Below, one piece after another: positions 56,442 through 64,000 of a stretch of 64,000 bases of DNA (its first letter is position 1; every line of letters starts with the position of its first letter). A program made the position numbers and the translations under genes. The notes below the pieces were generated by a model, which was not told the DNA's origin, ran no database searches, and saw only the letters and a list, made by a program, of their open reading frames with translations. Origin of the DNA: Octopus vulgaris (taxonomy: Eukaryota); contig OX597819.1 of the NCBI GenBank assembly GCA_951406725.2, forward strand, positions 96,100,001-96,164,000. Direction: 5' to 3'.

Positions 56442-57614
56442 GATCTGCACATATATATATACTCACGTTTATAAATAATGAGTATTAGAATCATCATTGG
56501 TTCTATTGATCAAAACGTGTTAAGTCTTTTTACATTGATTTCTTGACAGTAAATAAGAACGATGTGAAAGTAATACTCATTGTGTCTGCGTGTATGTGTT
56601 TGCTACACAGCTGTATATTGACTTAGCTAGATAAATTAACGATATACAGTAACATGGCAAGTTAATAGAAGTCGCATTAACAAAAGGAGAGCGACAGGAC
56701 ACAGAATGTCAATTACATACAGCTTTTTGATGCTCATGTGTTCAGGATGTATGCAACACTAGAGTATATGGCATTGTTTAACTGAGTGTTTCTAAGGACT
56801 GGGATATCAGTCCTCAAAGGAAATGGCCTGAATGCCAATATAACAATGCGTTACCAATGATGCTTGCTGTACATATGTATGGTAAGTGTTGTGTAGGTGG
56901 TGAGCAGCTACGAATGTTGTAGGCAATGAATATAATGGAAGATGTAAGAATATTAATCAACAAAACATTGATTGTTCAATCAATTTGCCGCTGTAGTAAG
57001 GAGGCTGAATATTTCTTGTGTTTCCTTTCATATATCTTATTTTCGTGAAATTCTCATTTAATTTTAAATCACAAGTTATGGACAATAGCATTGTTGGTTA
57101 CAGGTGTTGAATATTGTACGAGAGATGATTTTAGTATTCTGAGAGCAAGAACATAAGCTTTAAACTTTGACCTACTCTCAGTGTAGCTGTACAAATTTGA
57201 AGGAGCGATGTAAATAGCCTAGCGATTACTCTTTCACCTATAACATTATGCAGCACACTTTTTGTTCATAAGTAGTAAGCGTTATTTGCTAATTGCTTGT
57301 GTTGAACAAGTACAGAAATGGCTATTATTTCCCTTAAACTTTGCTTTTGTGACCTGGATAATGATATGGTAAAACAGGCAAATTTGCGTGTTTTCATTTA
57401 CATAAGGTCAGAAGAAACGTTATATGAATCAAATTTAACACTAATTTATGCTTAGATTATACGACAGCTTATACTAATGTTTAGAAGTGAGAAGTTTTCC
57501 AAGATTTGCGATCGTAGTATAAACTACGTTCAGGTATCAGTCTCCAAATATAGTCTCTCATCATGCTCTCGTTGTAAATTACTTTGTAGCCGCGTTCAAG
57601 CATCAGTATATCCT

Positions 57615-57687
57615 GGTGGGGACGTAAACACACCACCATCGGTTGTCAAGCAATGTTGGGTGGACAGACGCACAAACCTATACACAT

Positions 57688-57735
<48 letters not shown>

Positions 57736-57918
57736 ACACATATATATATATATATAATACGACGGGTTTCTTTCAGTTTCCGTCTACCAAATACACTCAC
57801 AAGTCTTTGGTCAGCCCGAGGCTATAATAGAAGACACTTGCCCAAGGTTCTACACAGTGGGAATGAACCCGGATCCATGTGGTTGGTAAACAAACTACTT
57901 ACCACACAGCCACTCCTA
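57615..57918 (-). mobile_element. tRNA-derived SINE family 2 with internal (TG)n
   Basis: Head homologous to 36474-36637; middle homologous to 20490-20560. Confidence 0.85.
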
Positions 57919-58044
57919 TGATATATTTTTCTCTAACATTAGAAATTTAAAAAAAATCAAACATGATATTTTAAAAATTCTAAACTTGTTTTTTTTATAA
58001 CACAAATATCCACTATTCAAATAATCGAAATTGTACATTACTCC

Positions 58045-58285
58045 TCATAGAGCTTTTACGGTGCTCGCAGGTGAAATGAAGTACTCAGAGCTGGTCTTGA
58101 TACCCGACAGATATGCCAAAGTACACCGTGTACGTCTCACTATTTTAAAGGCCGCTGCTACAAAGTAGTGCCTTTTTGCCATTGCCTTGATAATATGAAC
58201 AAATACGTAGCAAAATGTGGCCACGTGCTTGCATTCTTTTGACACCATATCTGATAAACCTTGATAGGTATATCCACTTAGATAA
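58045..58285 (-). CDS. Candidate coding exon 3 (terminal) of a small secreted protein
   Basis: Acceptor ttttccgtattcag; open to TGA at 58045; phase matches the 47-nt exon. Confidence 0.45.
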
Positions 58286-60428
58286 CTGAATACGGAAAAC
58301 TGATGACATTAATGACCCTGTGTATGTATACTAATTTAGATATGAGTTGAAAATTCTGCAAAATTCTTGAAAATTCTTGAAAGTCTTTGGAAACTCTCGA
58401 AACTTCTTGAAACTTCTTTAAAATTTTGAGAAAGTTCTCTCTCAGCTGAATCTATTTGGAATGTACTATAAAATTGGTAAAATTCCAACTATCATTATTC
58501 AGGAAACATGAGGAACGTTTGATGATAATTGCCATTTCCTACACATTTTAGGTACATAGAATACTTATTGCTCAATAATAAAATACATTTAAGCATTTTG
58601 TTTCATCATGTAATTGTTCAGAAAACATTGCATTGCTATACTCAATATCACGTGAATTCGTGCAAGATTTGTGATCAATTTATGTTTTACATAATTAAAT
58701 ACAAAGTTCTGCGAACTTCAGCGGTTACCAGCATGTTTCTATAGGAGTAGTCTTAATGCTCTTTTGACATAGATATAAAGTAGATTTGGAAACCAAAATA
58801 ATTTACTAAATGATGATATGTTAGACATAAGCTGTGACAGTGTTTACGTATTATCAATTAATCGAATTTTCGCAGTTGCCGTCTCAAACTTAATTCTCTC
58901 GATATTTCTTCTCTTTCAACGTCAACAGTCGAAAGATTTTACAGAATATAAACCAGTGTAAGCTAGTAGATAAATATAGGTACAAAAATGACCTCTTAGT
59001 TTTTGGGTGTTATCTAAATAGAAACTCTTTTGATTGGTAGATATGAAGATCTTCCTTGATTATATTCCAGCACTTGTCGGAATAGTAGAACAAGATATAA
59101 TTGAGTTATGAAGTCAAGGTTTTTACGTGTTATTTTCAGAAAGACATGGTTAACCCCTGTCTTGTGCTGTGAAATTGGTTAAAAATATTCTTACTGTATT
59201 TCTAATAAATTTGGAGAAACGTGGTTAAGAGTAACATATAAATTTTGTGCAAAAAATGTAATCAAAACCAGTTTTAATAATCCGAAAAGATTTGTTAGTA
59301 GATAGAGAATCTAGTATTACTTCAACAAACCTATTCACTACTTGTGATTTTTATTGGTGTGTAAAGTACTTAATAAGCTATCTAAGATTAGATAACAGTG
59401 ATACGGTGGTAATGGAGTAGTTACTATGGTTACTAAATATAACATTTTAAATCTTTCATTATGAAGCTAAAAATTTAGTAGAAATTTACCAATCTTGATA
59501 ATCTGATAAACGCTAAAGTTTCTTTCTTTTTTTTTTATCGAATATTGAATAAATATGGAATTAATTGTTTTGAATTGTATTGCGTATTTACATGTATGTT
59601 TGTATTTTTAAAGAAAGTTTAACAGAATGATCATAGTAGAGGTGAATGCTGCGTAACTAATAACAGACAACGCAATAACAATCCTTTGTTGGAACAATGT
59701 TTTTGCACTTGCCTCAATTCCACATTACAATAAAAACATGGACCTTTGTCAGATTGTCTAGAGTTACAAAGAACACTAATATTCAATAACACATCCCATT
59801 ATATTTACCGAATTAGACATTTTAATTTACCGAATTAGAGTGTCTCACAACACAGTGTACCTACAGCACAATATGTCTTGGGCATAGTATCTGCTATACT
59901 CGTGTGTCTAACAATAGAGCAAATAACATCTACGGTATTACAACACAGAAGGTAATCTTTAACCTATTAGTGTGTCATACGAGCAGTTTTACTCAATATG
60001 ATATTCATACAACGTATCGTAGAACCCTGTTTCACAACACAATACTACCTTGTATAACACAGTAGTAACTGATAGAAACTTCTGATATTGAATTACACAC
60101 TCTACTATGGATGTTTCACAATTGTTAGTATTGTCAGAGACAGGTCTTTAACATCCTTAATTAAGTCATTAATTTTCGATGTTTACAACAGAATTAAAAC
60201 TAAGTACCATGATTTTTCCTAAGTTTAAATTGGATTATGTCTTGACTTTAATCTTTTTGAGTTCGTTTCAAAGAGAATTTGAGAAAAAAGTGAAAAAAAA
60301 CTTATCACAATGGGGTCTTTGATTTCAAAACTTAAATAATTCTTGAAGATGTTTCTAATTACAGAATCAAAGAAAAAGCTGTTGAGAATCAACAATAGAA
60401 ATAATGAATTTACCGTCATTTAACTCAC

Positions 60429-60475
60429 ACCACCTGCTTTCCCTCATCAGAGCCACTCCAGACAGATTTACAATA
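60429..60475 (-). CDS. Candidate coding exon 2 (YCKSVWSGSDEGKQVV)
   Basis: Acceptor attttctgacag and consensus donor GTGAGT; phase 0 in, phase 2 out. Confidence 0.45.
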
Positions 60476-61101
60476 CTGTCAGAAAATGTCTTTATTGCAT
60501 AACATTACTATAGCTTATATTCTTGGCTCGGTTCCGTAACAATTACGAAGGCGTCTTGGATGCTATCGATCTTATGAAACATCTATAAGATTAAAATGAA
60601 AACAAAATTTCAAAATCAAACTGGTTTCTAAGTTGACCTAAATTATTTGGCAACGTGTTGGTTACTTGACTGCGAATTATGGAAGAAGTAGAGAAAAGAT
60701 TGACGGAAAACCATAGTTTATGACGTTGATTTGGTCTGAAAAGACAGTAATTACTAAAATGGAAACAAAGCGATTTAGTTACTTTTACAACGTAATTTTC
60801 ACGTTGCAATGAATAGAATTATATAAGTGAACAATGTTGGAATTTTAACCTTTTATTTGGCCAAGCATTCTTAATTAGGGCAGTTTGTTATTGCATTTTA
60901 TGTTAGAAATTAGCTTTCATTATAATATAAATCGATTGTTATACACCAAAGAATACAAACTGTTGAATCTTAACACAATACCAGCACAGCGTGGGTTATA
61001 AATAAATACAGACTCATATATGTATTTAGTGAGACCAAATACACATTTAGTCTCACTGTGAAATTGGACAACATGACAAAAACAGGCAGGCTTCGGCTTA
61101 C

Positions 61102-61122
61102 GAGAAGTAGCAACAAAATCAT
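61102..61122 (-). CDS. Candidate coding exon 1 (MILLLLL, signal peptide start)
   Basis: ATG at 61122 and donor GTAAGC, phase 0. An upstream acceptor tattttcag near 61192 would give a UTR portion. Confidence 0.4.
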
Positions 61123-61263
61123 TCTTAAATCTCTCTATCGTCTTAAACAAGGCAGGACACATTACATAAGGTAATCCTAATTATTCTATGCCTGAAAATA
61201 AGACTGGATGATCACTGCTGGCTTGCATTAGATTTTAAGCCAGCACGATCAGGACAGAGCTGA

Positions 61264-61334
<71 letters not shown>

Positions 61335-61336
<2 letters not shown>

Positions 61337-61565
61337 CGGGAAGCTTTATGAAAATAAACAAAAGACGAAGACAGATGGAATACAAACAAACAATTTGTAT
61401 TAGTATGGCGCTCAGGAATATAAATAAAACAAGTCTTTTACGTTTCGAGCCTACGCTCTTCAACAGAAAGATACACAGAAAAGAAACACGGAAAGAAACA
61501 AGGAGAGAAAAAAAATGCGTGCAGAAGCTAGCGAATCAACATGGCGATCTGATTCCGGCCAGAAG

Positions 61566-61568
<3 letters not shown>
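61335..61568 (-). mobile_element. TA-flanked short element with variant hammerhead (61434-61471)
   Basis: UCUUU-CUGUUGA-aGAGCguagGCUC-GAA-ACGU-A-AAAGA. Confidence 0.72.
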
Positions 61569-61604
<36 letters not shown>

Positions 61605-61654
61605 CTAGCAGAGATACCCAGCTTTGCTCGGGATTAAAATGGAATAGTCTTTTA
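61605..61654 (-). mobile_element. Helitron 3' terminus
   Basis: Minus strand CCCGAGCAAAGCTGGG hairpin then CTGCTAG|T, like 10627 and 14439. Confidence 0.7.
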
Positions 61655-61714
61655 TTATTTTACTTGTTTAGGTTATGTGACTGCGACCGTGCTGGAACAC
61701 CGATTTTAGTCGAA

Positions 61715-63826
61715 GAAGAAGGGAGTCAAAAACATCATTCCCCGAGACAGGAGAATTCTTATGCGGTGGAGAATAAAGATCTCGAATCGTTTAAACAACA
61801 CCTTAATGACAGTGTGAAAGCCCACCTGATAGAGGAACTTTTCCGGGTAGAAAATAAACTCAAATCTCCCATGAAAAAGAAAGAGAAGAAAGAGAAACCT
61901 GGGCAGTCGAAAATATAAAAAGAAATCTTAAAGCCTTCTACACGTTGGCAAAGTAATCTGCCTCAGTACGCTATAAGATAGGGCCACTATTTGGTAAAAA
62001 CGGCTTACTAACTGCAAACATGGAAAAGATAAGTGAAGCACTAAATAAACAATTCCGAAGTGATTTCACTTCTCCACTGGAAAATATGCAAATAAACAAG
62101 CCGAAGGAGTTTTTCAATGTAATGAATCTATTTGGAAAAGAGGTAACTATCGATTACATCAACATAACAGAAGAGGATATAATATCAGCCTTTGATGAGA
62201 TGAGATGAAACTCAGTAACAACCTAGATGGACTCCCAGCTGTTCTTTTAAGGACATGTAAAAAGGTTCTTGCAAAGCCACTATAGATACTCTTTCAGAGT
62301 TTCCTTGCATGGGATAAACTTCCCAACATGGTAAAAGAGGGTATGATATGCCCTGTCCATAAAGGAGGGAGCAGAGCAGATGCTAAAAACTACAGGCCCA
62401 TCTCTCTTACCTCACATGTTAGCCATACAATGGAGCGCATTGTCAGAAAAAGGCTGATCACGCTCCTAGAAGAAAACAACCTTCTCACAAACACGCAACA
62501 TGGCTTCTGTCCAGGGAGGAGCTGCCTCACACAGTTGCTGCAGCACTTTGACTGGGTACTGAAGCAACAGCTAAACCTGTCGGCTGTAGACGTGATATAC
62601 CTCGACTTTGCCAAGGCTTTCGACAAGGTTGATCATGGCATGATATATCTCTTGGTATTACCGGGAAGCTGGGAGAATGGCTGCATGATTTTCTGAAAGG
62701 CAGGTGTCAGACAGTTGTAGCCAATGGTGCTCACTCTGAAGAAACACCAATTATCAGCGGAGTCCCCCAGGGAACTGTGCTGGGACCACTACTATTTGTG
62801 GTGGCCATCTTAGACATGCCCTCCGCGGTACAGTCAGCCAATCTGACCATTTATGCTAACGACACAAAAGTATCGCAGGCAGTTAGGAACCCAGAGGACA
62901 ACATAAAACTGCAGAAAGACCTGAATGAAATATACAAATGGTCTAACAAAAATAACATGCAGTTCAATGTTATGAAATTTCAGGCACTCTACTATCGGTC
63001 CAACACCAGGCTAAAATCGGAATACACTGGACCAGAAGGTAATACGATCCTAGAGTCAGAGTCGGTGCATGAGCTGGGGGTACACATGAGCAATGGTGCA
63101 ACATTCTATGTGCATATTACCAAGATGGCAGCACTGTGCAGGTGAATGGCTGGATGGATTCTGAGGACTTCAGAACCAGGAAAAGGGAAGTTCTACTATT
63201 CCTATGGGAGACTTTCGTTCCCAGACTCTTGGACTACCGCACTCAACAATGGTCTCCAGAGAGTGTGAAACAAACTGTGGAATTAGAAGCAATCCAGCGC
63301 CAATACACAAAGAAGATTGACTCGATGCAAAAGATGGGCTACTGGGAGAGGCTAAAGGAGCTGAGTCTCAATTCCCTGGAGAGAAGACGAGAGAGATATG
63401 TGGTGATATATATTTGGAAGGTCTTGGAGGGTTTAGCTCCCAATTTTAGAATTGACAGCTATACCAATCCTCGAACTGGACGGCACTGCATCGTACCAAA
63501 GATCCCGTCTTCCCCATCTTAAATAAGGACACAGTACTTCAATAGTCTGGGTTTCAAAGGCCCCGCAATTGTTTAACCCCCCTTCCAGGCAACCTTAGAG
63601 ATCTACATGGTGTTGATGTGGAAGTTTTCAAGGAACGTTTGGAAAGGTTTCTCTCTGAGATACCAGATGAACCGACATCGCGGCAGGAGACACAAAGAAG
63701 AGCAGCTCCGTCCAACTCGCTACTTCATCAAAAACAATATCGGAAACAACACCGAGTAACTACAGGTGGTGCACCAGTATGACCTCAGCCCTGGGCTGAA
63801 ACCAGCAAAGGATAAAGGATAAAGGG
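61715..63826 (+). mobile_element. 5'-truncated CR1-type LINE with disrupted RT and intact 3' end
   Basis: NYRPISLTS, QHGF.PGRSC.TQL, YLDFAKAFDKVDH, GVPQG.VLGPLLF, YANDT and SLERRRER. Tail (AAAGGAT)n. Confidence 0.95.
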
Positions 63827-63828
63827 TA

Positions 63829-63907
<79 letters not shown>

Positions 63908-63951
63908 ATTATTATTATTATTAGTATTACGATATGTTATTATATAGTTAG

Positions 63952-64000
<49 letters not shown>

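Noticed and set aside
60435-60455. Minus-strand CTGATGAGGGAAA as a hammerhead
   Set aside because: No stem II or stem I. Better explained as part of the candidate exon.

Overview
Eukaryotic, AT-rich, extremely microsatellite-dense genomic DNA with no prokaryotic features. The SINE types and repeat content suggest a cephalopod such as Octopus; this is an inference from recalled repeat families. Most six-frame ORFs are translated simple repeats. The real content is decayed mobile DNA: restriction-like-endonuclease (RLE) non-LTR retrotransposons (R4/Dong-like copies in TAA and TACA microsatellites, and HERO-like fragments), CR1 and RTE LINE pieces, Penelope-like elements (PLE), two mariners, a hAT remnant, several Helitrons (a frameshifted PIF1 helicase and a complete 508-bp non-autonomous copy) and two tRNA-derived SINE families. 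The most notable signal is a dispersed set of short non-coding elements sitting in (TA)n/(CA)n arrays, many with partial inverted repeats. They carry type-I minimal hammerhead ribozymes with palindromic stem III: about 7 with an intact catalytic core and about 9 mutated or decayed. One is a head-to-head pair of a 510-bp unit in two different circular permutations, which is retrozyme/circular-RNA-like. Manual splice-phase reading also suggests a three-exon gene for a 102-aa secreted protein on the minus strand (61122-58045) and the last exons of a plus-strand gene (1346-15766). Element boundaries are approximate and no database search was possible.
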